Assembly (NCBI GenBank): GCA_050303335.1
Contig: JBNLBN010000001.1
Coordinates: 42,239-106,238 of the forward strand
DNA length: 64,000 nt
Source of the DNA: Candidatus Micrarchaeia archaeon
GTDB taxonomy: Archaea > Micrarchaeota > Micrarchaeia > Anstonellales > Bilamarchaeaceae
Direction: 5' to 3'
The position numbers and the translations under genes are program-made. Position 1 is the first letter of the stretch. Each line of letters opens with the position of its first letter. This document shows positions 45,337 through 53,791 of the stretch, piece after piece. A model generated the notes under the pieces. It saw nothing but the letters and a program-made list of their open reading frames with translations. It was not told where the DNA came from and ran no database searches.

Positions 45337-47205
45337 TTAAACCGGCTCTATCTTGTTCCCGTTCCGCACGACCTTTATTGTTCTCGGGTAAGGTTCATCG
45401 TGCACAATGAAATACTTGGGCTCCTGGCCATTATCAGTAAGGCATACGATGTTCAATCCGTACTGAATCTGAAGGTTGACATTGTCAGGAGGAATCTCCT
45501 GCAGCCATCTGGGCTTTCCTTCGGGCAAAGCGTTTATCAGAGGGACCCTCTCCGACGGTGATGTGGGCAGGCTTACGTGTTCCGGTTTCAGGGATTCCGT
45601 TCTTCTTGAAATCTCATCCCTCATCCTCTGCAGCCTTTCGCCTACGTTATCCGCTTTCCTTGCAAACACCTTGATCTTCCTGTCCTCGAACATTGTCTTC
45701 CTTGATCCCATGTAATCCTTGTCGAAAACAAAGTACCATCTCCCATGGAGGGATATCAAGGGTATTATTTCATCATTCTCAAGCTGCTTGTTTGCGATTC
45801 TTACAAGCCCTACAAGTTCGACCATAGGCATTTTTGAAAACAGGTCGCCGATAGGATAAAGGTACCTGACTTTTGATTCCGATAGTCCGACATCGTAAGC
45901 ATCATAAATCTCGGCCATCTCGCTTTCATAAGGCTGGACATATCCTGCCTTCACTGGCAGAGGAGGTCCCGCCTTTCCGTAAAAGCTCAAGTGGCTTGTC
46001 TTCTTGTTCCTGAAAATCCCGTGGCCGTTCAGTTCGGTAACGTCGATCCTTCTGCCGCTCCTGCTGCAGATCCTGGCCTGGGGGTAATCCTGTACAAGTT
46101 CCTTCCATTGCTGGACCGTCTCGGCCCTGACTACATAATACTCGCGATTGTTTATCGTAACGCTGCGGTGATCGGCAAAACTCCTGAGAACCTTAAGGTT
46201 GTAACTGTTTTTCGTATCTGCTTCAGGAACAGGATGGATGAAAAGCACCCTCTCTTCAGGAAGATGCTGGAGGAAATGTTCATAATCTTCCTCACTGGCA
46301 TGGCCGCCTATGAATCTTTCCGGCCATTTAACCACATCATATTCCCGGGCCGAAATTCCGTAATGATCAAGAAAAGCCTCGCTTGTCATCTCGTTTGGCC
46401 ATACCAGGAGCCTGGATCCGAATTTAGCAATAGATTTCTTTCCCATTTTTTCGTTAAGGAGATACTTTTTCCCAAGTATTTCACACCCCTCGCTTGACAA
46501 TGATACGTAAAACCTCCTCCCCTCAGGCATTCCTTTCAGGCCCTCAACTTCGCTAGAAGGAAGGATGAATTCAGTGAGTTCTATGACATTCGGTATTCCC
46601 TGGATCTGGTACCTCTCGATAATTTCGATCTCTGATGTCTCCAATTCCGTTCCCTCGGATTGGTCTTCAGCAGGCGGTTTTGATCCGTTGCTATTTTGTC
46701 TCCTTTCTCTTGCCGCCTCGTCAAGCTGCCTGTGTCTCTTTTCCGCCTCTCTCCTCATCGATTCCTGCGTTTTTCTTAGTTCTTTCTGGGCAGTCTCCCT
46801 GGCTTTTTCCGCCTCTGTTCTCATTTCCTCTGCTTCTTTTTTCTTCCTCGCCTCTTCAGCCTCTCTCCTCAGCCTCATCTCCTGCTCTTTTCTTGCTTTT
46901 GCCTCTTCAGCCCTTCTCCTTCCTTCATCAAGGGCATTTTCTGACAATTCCCTGATATGTGCAGTCGGCTCGTGTACTGAGGAGTCATCATCCTTTTTTA
47001 TTCTGAACAAAACTTCGCTATCATCAACAGCTCCTGTCCTCTGTTCTTTGTTTTTCGGCTTTGGGAGTGCAACCAGCCTTCCGAATATCTTCTCATGTTC
47101 AGGTGAACCTAGTATTATCGGGTTGGCATAAGTTCTTCTGATGCCTAGTCTGGATCTTATTAATACGCTTGTAATATGTCTGGCCATGTCGGTCTCTCCC
47201 ATCAT
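45337..47205 (-). CDS. Hypothetical protein with a long K/R/E-rich charged coiled-coil segment and a large C-terminal domain of unknown function
   Basis: 622 aa. Residues ~95-190 run RRRAEEAKARKEQEMRLRREAEEARKKKEAEEMRTEAEKARE... Confidence 0.4.
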   Translation of the reverse strand: MMGETDMARHITSVLIRSRLGIRRTYANPIILGSPEHEKIFGRLVALPKPKNKEQRTGAVDDSEVLFRIKKDDDSSVHEPTAHIRELSENALDEGRRRAEEAKARKEQEMRLRREAEEARKKKEAEEMRTEAEKARETAQKELRKTQESMRREAEKRHRQLDEAARERRQNSNGSKPPAEDQSEGTELETSEIEIIERYQIQGIPNVIELTEFILPSSEVEGLKGMPEGRRFYVSLSSEGCEILGKKYLLNEKMGKKSIAKFGSRLLVWPNEMTSEAFLDHYGISAREYDVVKWPERFIGGHASEEDYEHFLQHLPEERVLFIHPVPEADTKNSYNLKVLRSFADHRSVTINNREYYVVRAETVQQWKELVQDYPQARICSRSGRRIDVTELNGHGIFRNKKTSHLSFYGKAGPPLPVKAGYVQPYESEMAEIYDAYDVGLSESKVRYLYPIGDLFSKMPMVELVGLVRIANKQLENDEIIPLISLHGRWYFVFDKDYMGSRKTMFEDRKIKVFARKADNVGERLQRMRDEISRRTESLKPEHVSLPTSPSERVPLINALPEGKPRWLQEIPPDNVNLQIQYGLNIVCLTDNGQEPKYFIVHDEPYPRTIKVVRNGNKIEPV

Positions 47206-47251
47206 ATAGTGGTAAAAACAGTTTTTAAATGTTCTGAAATGCCATCAATTA

Positions 47252-47262
47252 CTTTTTATTTG
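47252..47262 (+). promoter_or_regulatory. Candidate TATA-like element upstream of tRNA-Gly
   Basis: ctttttatttg lies about 30 nt upstream of the tRNA 5' end. Confidence 0.25.
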
Positions 47263-47289
47263 TTTTCCATTATCATTTTCTTCTAATTC

Positions 47290-47361
47290 ATGCGACCGTA
47301 GTCTACCGGTTATGATTCGAGATTGCCAATCTCGCGGACCGGGTTCGATTCCCGGCGGTCG
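47290..47361 (+). tRNA. tRNA-Gly (anticodon GCC)
   Basis: Hand-folded. Acceptor GCGACCG/CGGTCGC. Anticodon stem CGAGA/TCTCG with loop TTGCCAA, giving GCC at 47323-47325. T-arm CCGGG-TTCGATT-CCCGG. Discriminator A. No encoded CCA. Confidence 0.8.
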
Positions 47362-47374
47362 CATAGTTGGTTTT

Positions 47375-48163
47375 ATGAGCGCGCTCGTAGATGAAATGCT
47401 AAAAACCCTAGAAATCCGACCAGTCGCAGAATTACTCCCGCACGAAGAAACTATCCCCTTCAACATCCGAAGGCTCAAGGAAGGGATGCTGAATCTCGGC
47501 CAGATAGTCGATCCGATAATCGCTGACAAGGAAACAGGTCTTGTAATAGACGGCAATCACAGGCACAAGGTACTTGAGATGATCGAATGCCCTCTTGCCG
47601 TCGTCCAGGTTGTGGACTACAAGAGCGACGAAGTGACGCTTGGCACATGGTATCCTGTCTGCTCGCTCAGCCCGTCCGAAATATTCAACCTGGATTCCAT
47701 AAGGCATGAAAAAGTTGATTATGAGGAAGGCAAAGCCGCTGTTGATAATCTTAAGGCTCCTTTCATGATCGTCTCGAAAGACGAATGCCACCTTCTCAAT
47801 CCAGGGAAATACGATATGAAGGGTATGATAAAGGAGCAGGTCTACATATTCTCGCTTCTGAAAAAATCCACGCTGGATTTCGTCGCGGATCTTGAAGAAG
47901 ATGTCGCTGCAGGAAACACCGTCTTTTACAGGAGGGCATATACGAAGGAGGAAGTCCTCAGCGCAGCGAAGGAAAAATTCCTTTTCCCGCCGAAATCAAC
48001 GAGGCACCTGGTTCCCGGTAGGATCATCCGGCTAAATATGAGGCTTGGGTGGCTCCACAGGTCGAAGGAATATGCAGAAGAGGAAATGAAAAGGAACCTC
48101 AGGAACAGGGTGTATAGTGGAAATGTCCGCAAATACTATGAACCCGTCTATGTCATCTACTAG
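47375..48163 (+). CDS. ParB/sulfiredoxin-like nuclease-domain protein
   Basis: ORF 47312..48163 overlaps the tRNA, so the start is placed at MSALVDEM. LLPHEE...NIRRL...DGNHRHKVLE resembles the ParB-like N-terminal domain. Confidence 0.4.
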   Translation: MSALVDEMLKTLEIRPVAELLPHEETIPFNIRRLKEGMLNLGQIVDPIIADKETGLVIDGNHRHKVLEMIECPLAVVQVVDYKSDEVTLGTWYPVCSLSPSEIFNLDSIRHEKVDYEEGKAAVDNLKAPFMIVSKDECHLLNPGKYDMKGMIKEQVYIFSLLKKSTLDFVADLEEDVAAGNTVFYRRAYTKEEVLSAAKEKFLFPPKSTRHLVPGRIIRLNMRLGWLHRSKEYAEEEMKRNLRNRVYSGNVRKYYEPVYVIY

Positions 48164-48450
48164 TTCCTGAATGGATCGAAGATCGTATTATTGATAAAAT
48201 CCTCGCGCTCGACCTTGGGGTTCCGCATCGCCTCATTGATCGCTTCCGGCCTGAATCCGACTATTATGTTCCCCTTGACATCAAGCACAGGAACGCCCCT
48301 CTGGCCGCTTTTCTTGATCATCTCGATTGCCTTTTCCCTGTCTGCTGATACGTCGTGGTCGACAAACTCTATCTTGTTGTTGTTCAGGTATTCCTTTGCC
48401 ATCGAGCAGAAAGGGCACGACGGCGTGCTGTAAACTATTACATCTGCCAT
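48160..48450 (-). CDS. Glutaredoxin / NrdH-like thiol-disulfide oxidoreductase
   Basis: 96 aa with a VIVYSTPSCPFCSMAKEYL CPFC active site. Confidence 0.75.
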   Translation of the reverse strand: MADVIVYSTPSCPFCSMAKEYLNNNKIEFVDHDVSADREKAIEMIKKSGQRGVPVLDVKGNIIVGFRPEAINEAMRNPKVEREDFINNTIFDPFRN

Positions 48451-48539
48451 TTAATTCACCTGTGCATACATATTGCACAAATGCTTTTTAAAAAGAACGG
48501 ACTAATGTATTTCCAGAACCAATATGCACAGGTGCAATC

Positions 48540-48884
48540 ATGCTTGATCTTTCATGCGTCGACCTTTCGGTATCGGACCTTCTGAAATGCTCCTTCGGGC
48601 TCAGCCAGCTCGAACTGGAAGTGCTCACGGCACTGCTTGAAACGGATGGTATGACCGGCGTCTCTGAACTGTCAGACAAAATGGATCGCGACCGGTCCGT
48701 AGTCCAGAGGGGGCTGAGTTCGCTGATGGAAAAGTCGCTTGTGAGGCGCGAGCAGTCGAACAAGGATGGCGGCGGATATCTCTACCTTTACTGTGCAAAC
48801 GGCAAGAAGAAGATAAAGAAATCGATACTGGAAAAAAGCCGGTCCTTCTGCTCCCTTGTGAAGGAGACCGTTAATCGCTGGTAA
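48540..48884 (+). CDS. Winged-helix transcriptional regulator (MarR/TrmB-like)
   Basis: 114 aa with an LSQLELEVLTALLETDGMTGVSELSDKM HTH. Confidence 0.5.
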   Translation: MLDLSCVDLSVSDLLKCSFGLSQLELEVLTALLETDGMTGVSELSDKMDRDRSVVQRGLSSLMEKSLVRREQSNKDGGGYLYLYCANGKKKIKKSILEKSRSFCSLVKETVNRW

Positions 48885-48911
48885 TTTATTATTTACATCC
48901 CAAATATCCTT

Positions 48912-49976
48912 ATGACAATACTGCTTACCCCAGGCCCAGTGCCTCTGATGGATGAAATAAGCAATGCTCAGACAAAGCCCATGATCACGCACCGATCGAA
49001 GGAAATGACCGAGCTCTATTCCGACCTCGTAACCAGGCTGAACAGGTACCTTGGAAGCGAGGAAGCATATGTACTTACCGGATCAGGTGCTCTCGGCATC
49101 GAGACGCTGGTGCTGAACCTGGTCGAGAAGGACGAGAGGGTGCTCTGCCTTCCAAACGGTGATTTCGGATCAAAGCAGGCGCTCACAGTGAATGTTTATG
49201 CCAATGCTGTCGAACATAAGCTTGAGGACGGTAAAGGGTGGAATCTCGAGAGGGCAAAGGATCACATAGATTCGAGCGGCGCAGATGCCCTTGCCATGGT
49301 TTACAATGAAACAAGCCTTGGCATAAAAAATGACATAAAGGATATCTGCAAGTATGCAAAATCCAAGGGGATGATGACGATAATAGACGGCATATCTGCC
49401 TGGCCAGGAACCGAGATGAACCTTGATGAATTCGGTGTCGATGCTTTTGTTACTGGATCGCAGAAATGCCCTGGTGCTCCTCCGGGAATGGCTCTGATGG
49501 GCCTCTCAGGGAATGCTGTCAGGAAATACAGCGGAAGGGAATCCATTCCGAGCTATTACTGCGATCTAAGGCGCCACAAGAAACGATACGAAAAAGACCG
49601 GCAGACGCCAAACACCCCCGGAATCACGCTGTTCTGGGCGCTCCAGAAGGCCTTCGATATTATCGACGAGAAAGGGGGCCCTGTTGCAGCTGCGAGAAGG
49701 CATGAAGCTGCAGCAGCATACGTAAGGAAAAGGCTTGTTGAGATGGGCCTCGGCCTGATTGCCGAGAAGGGATTCGAATCCAACACTGTTACCGGCTTCA
49801 CAACAGAACTGCAGGCATCAGAGGTAAGGAAAAAGCTTAAAGAAGATTACGGCGTTGAAATTGTAGGAGCAAGAGGCGCATTCAAGGAAAAGGGATTAAG
49901 GATCGCCCACATGGGCAACTTCAATATGGATGAGATTGACCTGGCACTGGATGCGATTTCGAAAATCATTAAATAA
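48912..49976 (+). CDS. Class V aminotransferase (serine-pyruvate/alanine-glyoxylate aminotransferase-like)
   Basis: 354 aa. The PLP-lysine region TGSQKCPGAPPG resembles the AGXT GSQKxLxAPPG motif. Confidence 0.7.
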   Translation: MTILLTPGPVPLMDEISNAQTKPMITHRSKEMTELYSDLVTRLNRYLGSEEAYVLTGSGALGIETLVLNLVEKDERVLCLPNGDFGSKQALTVNVYANAVEHKLEDGKGWNLERAKDHIDSSGADALAMVYNETSLGIKNDIKDICKYAKSKGMMTIIDGISAWPGTEMNLDEFGVDAFVTGSQKCPGAPPGMALMGLSGNAVRKYSGRESIPSYYCDLRRHKKRYEKDRQTPNTPGITLFWALQKAFDIIDEKGGPVAAARRHEAAAAYVRKRLVEMGLGLIAEKGFESNTVTGFTTELQASEVRKKLKEDYGVEIVGARGAFKEKGLRIAHMGNFNMDEIDLALDAISKIIK

Positions 49977-50003
49977 ATTAAGGTAAATATCCATGGGGTA
50001 TAT

Positions 50004-51119
50004 TTGATGCAGGAGGAGCACGTTAATCTGAACAAACTGGTTTCACTTACTTTTGACGAGGATCCAGAAGTCCGAAAGGAAGCTGCAAGGTCGCTTGCAA
50101 AAACAGGGGATCCGGCGGCACTTTTCGCGTTGGTTGAACTCAGCTATGACAAGGAACCCTCAGTCAGGGAAGTGGCAAAGGACCTGCTTGCAAACAAGAA
50201 GGAGGACGAGCAGGACGTGATGTCCTTTGCAGAACTCTTTTCACGCGGAGAGAAGAAGGAGCCTAAATCAAGGAAGGAGAAGGTTCTCGATCCCATCACG
50301 CAGATTTTCGAACGCCGGCTTGGAAAGGAAAAGGCAGACATAGTCAAGCAGAAGATGATGCCTTCTATCGAGAAGATGTACCAGAAGGCACAGCAGACCC
50401 ACAAGAAGGAAGGTGAACGCAAGGTGATGCAGGAATTCCTTACGAACTATCTTGAGGTTATTTCAGACCTCGACCAGGTGGGAAGCCACGGCGAGATCCT
50501 GGAGTCGGCTTCTGTCGAAGTGACCCTGCCACAGGCAGAGATTACTGGACTGGACGAAGTTGGATCAAACGAACAGCTCGACCAGATATCAACCGAGATC
50601 GCAACGCTCGAGACCGAAAAAATAGAAGAGATAAAGGAGGAGAACGAGATCGAGATTCTTCCGGACACTTTCTTCAAGAAGGCGTATGAAGTGATGATGC
50701 TCTCCGGCGGCGACGACCAGGTCATGAGAAAGGAAATGGGCAGGATGATCGATGACGCCAAGCGCGAAATCACGCTTGCATTCAACCTGGCAAAGAAAAA
50801 ATTCAAGGAAACGAAAATAACCGACATCACCAAGATCAAGGACCGGATGAGGAACATCAACACCGATCCGCTTATCGTACTTTCCGTAGAGAGCAAGGAA
50901 TACCAGAAGAGCAAGAAAGTGAATGCATTCTACACGAGGATCGTGGTAAATGATGAGGAAGGAAACGAGGGTGTCATATACCTCTTTGACGACCGCGGAA
51001 TAAACATCAGGCAGGGCATGAAGATCAAGATCGAGCGTGCACTTGCAAAGACATTCAAGTTCTCGAACGAGACTGCCCTGACACTTGGAAAAAAGAGCAA
51101 TATTTATATTGTTTTGTGA
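50004..51119 (+). CDS. HEAT/PBS-lyase-repeat protein with a long acidic/coiled C-terminal region
   Basis: DEDPEVRKEAARSLAKTGDPAALFALVELSYDKEPSVREVA are HEAT-like repeats. 371 aa. Confidence 0.45.
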   Translation: MMQEEHVNLNKLVSLTFDEDPEVRKEAARSLAKTGDPAALFALVELSYDKEPSVREVAKDLLANKKEDEQDVMSFAELFSRGEKKEPKSRKEKVLDPITQIFERRLGKEKADIVKQKMMPSIEKMYQKAQQTHKKEGERKVMQEFLTNYLEVISDLDQVGSHGEILESASVEVTLPQAEITGLDEVGSNEQLDQISTEIATLETEKIEEIKEENEIEILPDTFFKKAYEVMMLSGGDDQVMRKEMGRMIDDAKREITLAFNLAKKKFKETKITDITKIKDRMRNINTDPLIVLSVESKEYQKSKKVNAFYTRIVVNDEEGNEGVIYLFDDRGINIRQGMKIKIERALAKTFKFSNETALTLGKKSNIYIVL

Positions 51120-51132
51120 GTGTTATTTTTTC

Positions 51133-51300
51133 ATGGATCTTACCAAGTATGAAATTGCACGTATAATCGGAGCCAGGGCCCTCCAGCTTTCAATGGGCGC
51201 TCCCCCGCTTATAAAAGTGAAAGACGGATCAAAAACCTTCATCCAGGTTGCAGAAGAAGAACTCGAAAAGAAGACTATTCCTTTAGTTGTCGTCCACTAG
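51133..51300 (+). CDS. rpoK: DNA-directed RNA polymerase subunit K (Rpo6/omega)
   Basis: MDLTKYEIARIIGARALQLSMGAPPL is the Rpb6/RpoK signature. ORF 51085..51300, with the start placed at MDLTKY. Confidence 0.75.
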   Translation: MDLTKYEIARIIGARALQLSMGAPPLIKVKDGSKTFIQVAEEELEKKTIPLVVVH

Positions 51301-51927
51301 GCCGACTTCAAAACCCTCGCCCTCTATCTTGAGGAGGATTCTTTTTTCAACATCCACCCAGTCGTATTCATAGGTGCCGTCGGTGGAGTTTATGGCAACC
51401 TTGTAGGCCCTCCTTCCATTAACGTCCTCTGTCCCAACCACCCTGTAGCTGTTGTCTGCTATGTGGCGCATGACCCCGTCAAAGTTGAGATACATCGAAT
51501 TCTTCCAGCTCCAGTTTTCCTCAAGCGCCAGCATCCAGGGCTTGAATAGGATGAAAGAAGGGTCCTCGAAGCTCGAATTCGATTTCGTTTTGTCCATCCC
51601 CCATTTATCAAGGCAGATGCTCGTTTTGTTCACGCTTTCAGAAATGAAAATGACCGTACAATCCCTCTGCAAGGCAACGTAAGTGATGTTGACGACCGTA
51701 TTGTTCACATAGTACTTGTATTCGTACACGTCGCCGTCCGATATCTGCAGCATTGTGTTCTTGTGAAGCGGTTCTTCAACGAAGGCGAGCGAGGGATCCT
51801 CGAACCCTGGCCTGATAAACATGAGGCCTAGGACTATGATCGCAAGAAACGCCAATACGGTGATTGCAAGGATGCTGATCTTCATGATAGTATTACCCGT
51901 CCGGATTTTATTACTGGTCCCTTGCAA
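51283..51927 (-). CDS. Hypothetical secreted/membrane-anchored protein
   Basis: 214 aa with an N-terminal signal anchor MKISILAITVLAFLAIIVLGL. Confidence 0.4.
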   Translation of the reverse strand: MQGTSNKIRTGNTIMKISILAITVLAFLAIIVLGLMFIRPGFEDPSLAFVEEPLHKNTMLQISDGDVYEYKYYVNNTVVNITYVALQRDCTVIFISESVNKTSICLDKWGMDKTKSNSSFEDPSFILFKPWMLALEENWSWKNSMYLNFDGVMRHIADNSYRVVGTEDVNGRRAYKVAINSTDGTYEYDWVDVEKRILLKIEGEGFEVGLVDDN

Positions 51928-52426
51928 TGTCCCCGAATTTCCTGTAGGGCTTCGTTGTCCTGCTGTCCATCCTCTGGAATACGACCTGGGATATCCTCAT
52001 CCCGGAATAGAGCTTCACGGAAAAAGGTGCCAGGTTAGCAATCTCAAGGACCTGGTGGTTGGAAGATCCGGGCTGGACAAGAGCGCTTGTCATATGGATT
52101 ATTAGGCCCATTCTCGCATAGCGCGAACGCCCCTCCAGCTTTCCCATTATGTCCGGCGGGATGCTTATCTTCTCCTCCGTCTTTGCAAGGCACATCTGTC
52201 CGGGCCTCAGAATGATTGATTTGGCCTTCTTGGTATCGAACGCTTCCTGGAACGGGAGCTTTTTCAGATCCACCGTCTTTATCTTGAGCCTGGGCTTGAA
52301 GAACTGCCATTCATCCGAAAGGGTTAGGTCGACTGATGCCGGTCCGATCTGCTCGTCCTTGAGGGGCTTTATCTCGATCTTCTTTTCCTTGATCATCTTT
52401 TTTATATCCGAATTTGAAAGAATCAT
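51911..52426 (-). CDS. dcd: dCTP deaminase (dUTPase superfamily)
   Basis: 171 aa with an MILSNSDIKKMI N-terminus and a GPASVDLTL motif typical of Dcd. Confidence 0.75.
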   Translation of the reverse strand: MILSNSDIKKMIKEKKIEIKPLKDEQIGPASVDLTLSDEWQFFKPRLKIKTVDLKKLPFQEAFDTKKAKSIILRPGQMCLAKTEEKISIPPDIMGKLEGRSRYARMGLIIHMTSALVQPGSSNHQVLEIANLAPFSVKLYSGMRISQVVFQRMDSRTTKPYRKFGDIARDQ

Positions 52427-52487
52427 GCATTTTTCTTTCCGTTTGTTTATAAAACTCTATTTAAACATTTCCACATAAATTATCACC

Positions 52488-52853
52488 ATGAGGTTTACCC
52501 AGAGAGCACTAGCAATAGGTCTTTGCACAGTAGCGTTTGCAGGATGCGGAAAAAAGGAATTACCCCGACAAACGCCATTGGCCGAGAACCACTGCAGAGA
52601 ATCGTACGAGGAATTATCAGGAAAGCTCCGAAAAATCACGCCGCAGGACATTACTTTCCCTGGAACGATTGAGCTTGATGTAAAGGTCGACAAGAAGGGC
52701 AACACCTCTATTGAATCAACTAGGACAATCTGCAGGAGCATCGAATGCGAGACATCCCGTGTACCTGACCTTTCGATCATTTATGAAAGAGCAAAGGAAA
52801 TCAAGTTCCCTCCGCAGAAAAAGGACTGTACCATACTAGTAAAAATACATTAA
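52488..52853 (+). CDS. Small putative lipoprotein
   Basis: 121 aa with a signal and lipobox-like AFAGCG. Confidence 0.35.
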   Translation: MRFTQRALAIGLCTVAFAGCGKKELPRQTPLAENHCRESYEELSGKLRKITPQDITFPGTIELDVKVDKKGNTSIESTRTICRSIECETSRVPDLSIIYERAKEIKFPPQKKDCTILVKIH

Positions 52854-52867
52854 CACTAATTTTTTCC

Positions 52868-53791
52868 ATGGACAAGCTGGTGCACCTTGCAAAAAAAATA
52901 AGGATCAACAATGATTACCTTATGGAGCAGGCAAGGTCGATGCGAGATCTTGCAGTCCCCGTTTCAGGAGTTCCGCTTGATCTCTCAGTCTGCGCCGTAG
53001 ACGGAGGATTGCTTACACACAGGATGCACGGAATTGATATCGCTGTGAGCAGGTCCGTCGGGGTCAACCTTGTATATAGGGATTCATCGATAGTTGAACA
53101 TAACTATCATCCGACAAAGAATCCCCGCCCTGATATCGATGTAAAAAGCGCCCTGGATGACCATGAAGCCAACACCTTCAAGTCTCTCGTGCGCCTGAAA
53201 TCAGAAATCACATGCGCAATCGAGACGCTTGAAAAATTCAATCCGGACCTTTTATTGCTGGACGGTTCGCTTCTTCCGGTACCAGGAGATGTCCCGTCAA
53301 GGGAAAGCGAGCTCCATCCTCTTTATACCGACATTCTCGGCCTCTATGAGAGGCTTTTCTCATCAGGAAAAAACATTGCGGGCGTGATCAAGGATACACG
53401 TGCAAAAAGGCTTTCATCCCTCAAGTGCTCCGATTCAGTCCTTTCATCCTACCTCCTCAATGTCAATGAAAGGACGAAGGAAATCGACTATTTCGGGGAG
53501 ATCGCAAACAAGGAACTCTCAAGCCTTGGAAAGAAGATAAAGGTAACCTACATGAAACCCTCGCAGGAGGACCTGCCGCTTCGAGTCGAAATTTTTGGTG
53601 ATGTTGAAAAAATATCATCACAGGTCTATACATTATCGGCGATAAGCAGTCATTTCGCCTATCCCGCGATCCTTGTCGAAGCAGACATGTGCGCGGCGCT
53701 CGATCCAATAGAGATGGAATCAGTAGAACTCTCGCTTTCAAGGCTTGCAGGGATCAAGCCGCTAAGAAGGAATTTCAGGCCATTCAGATAG
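52868..53791 (+). CDS. NurA-like 5'-3' nuclease-domain protein (orphan, not adjacent to HerA)
   Basis: 307 aa. VCAVDGGLL matches the NurA catalytic AVDGS-type motif and fits the RNase-H-like fold. Confidence 0.4.
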   Translation: MDKLVHLAKKIRINNDYLMEQARSMRDLAVPVSGVPLDLSVCAVDGGLLTHRMHGIDIAVSRSVGVNLVYRDSSIVEHNYHPTKNPRPDIDVKSALDDHEANTFKSLVRLKSEITCAIETLEKFNPDLLLLDGSLLPVPGDVPSRESELHPLYTDILGLYERLFSSGKNIAGVIKDTRAKRLSSLKCSDSVLSSYLLNVNERTKEIDYFGEIANKELSSLGKKIKVTYMKPSQEDLPLRVEIFGDVEKISSQVYTLSAISSHFAYPAILVEADMCAALDPIEMESVELSLSRLAGIKPLRRNFRPFR

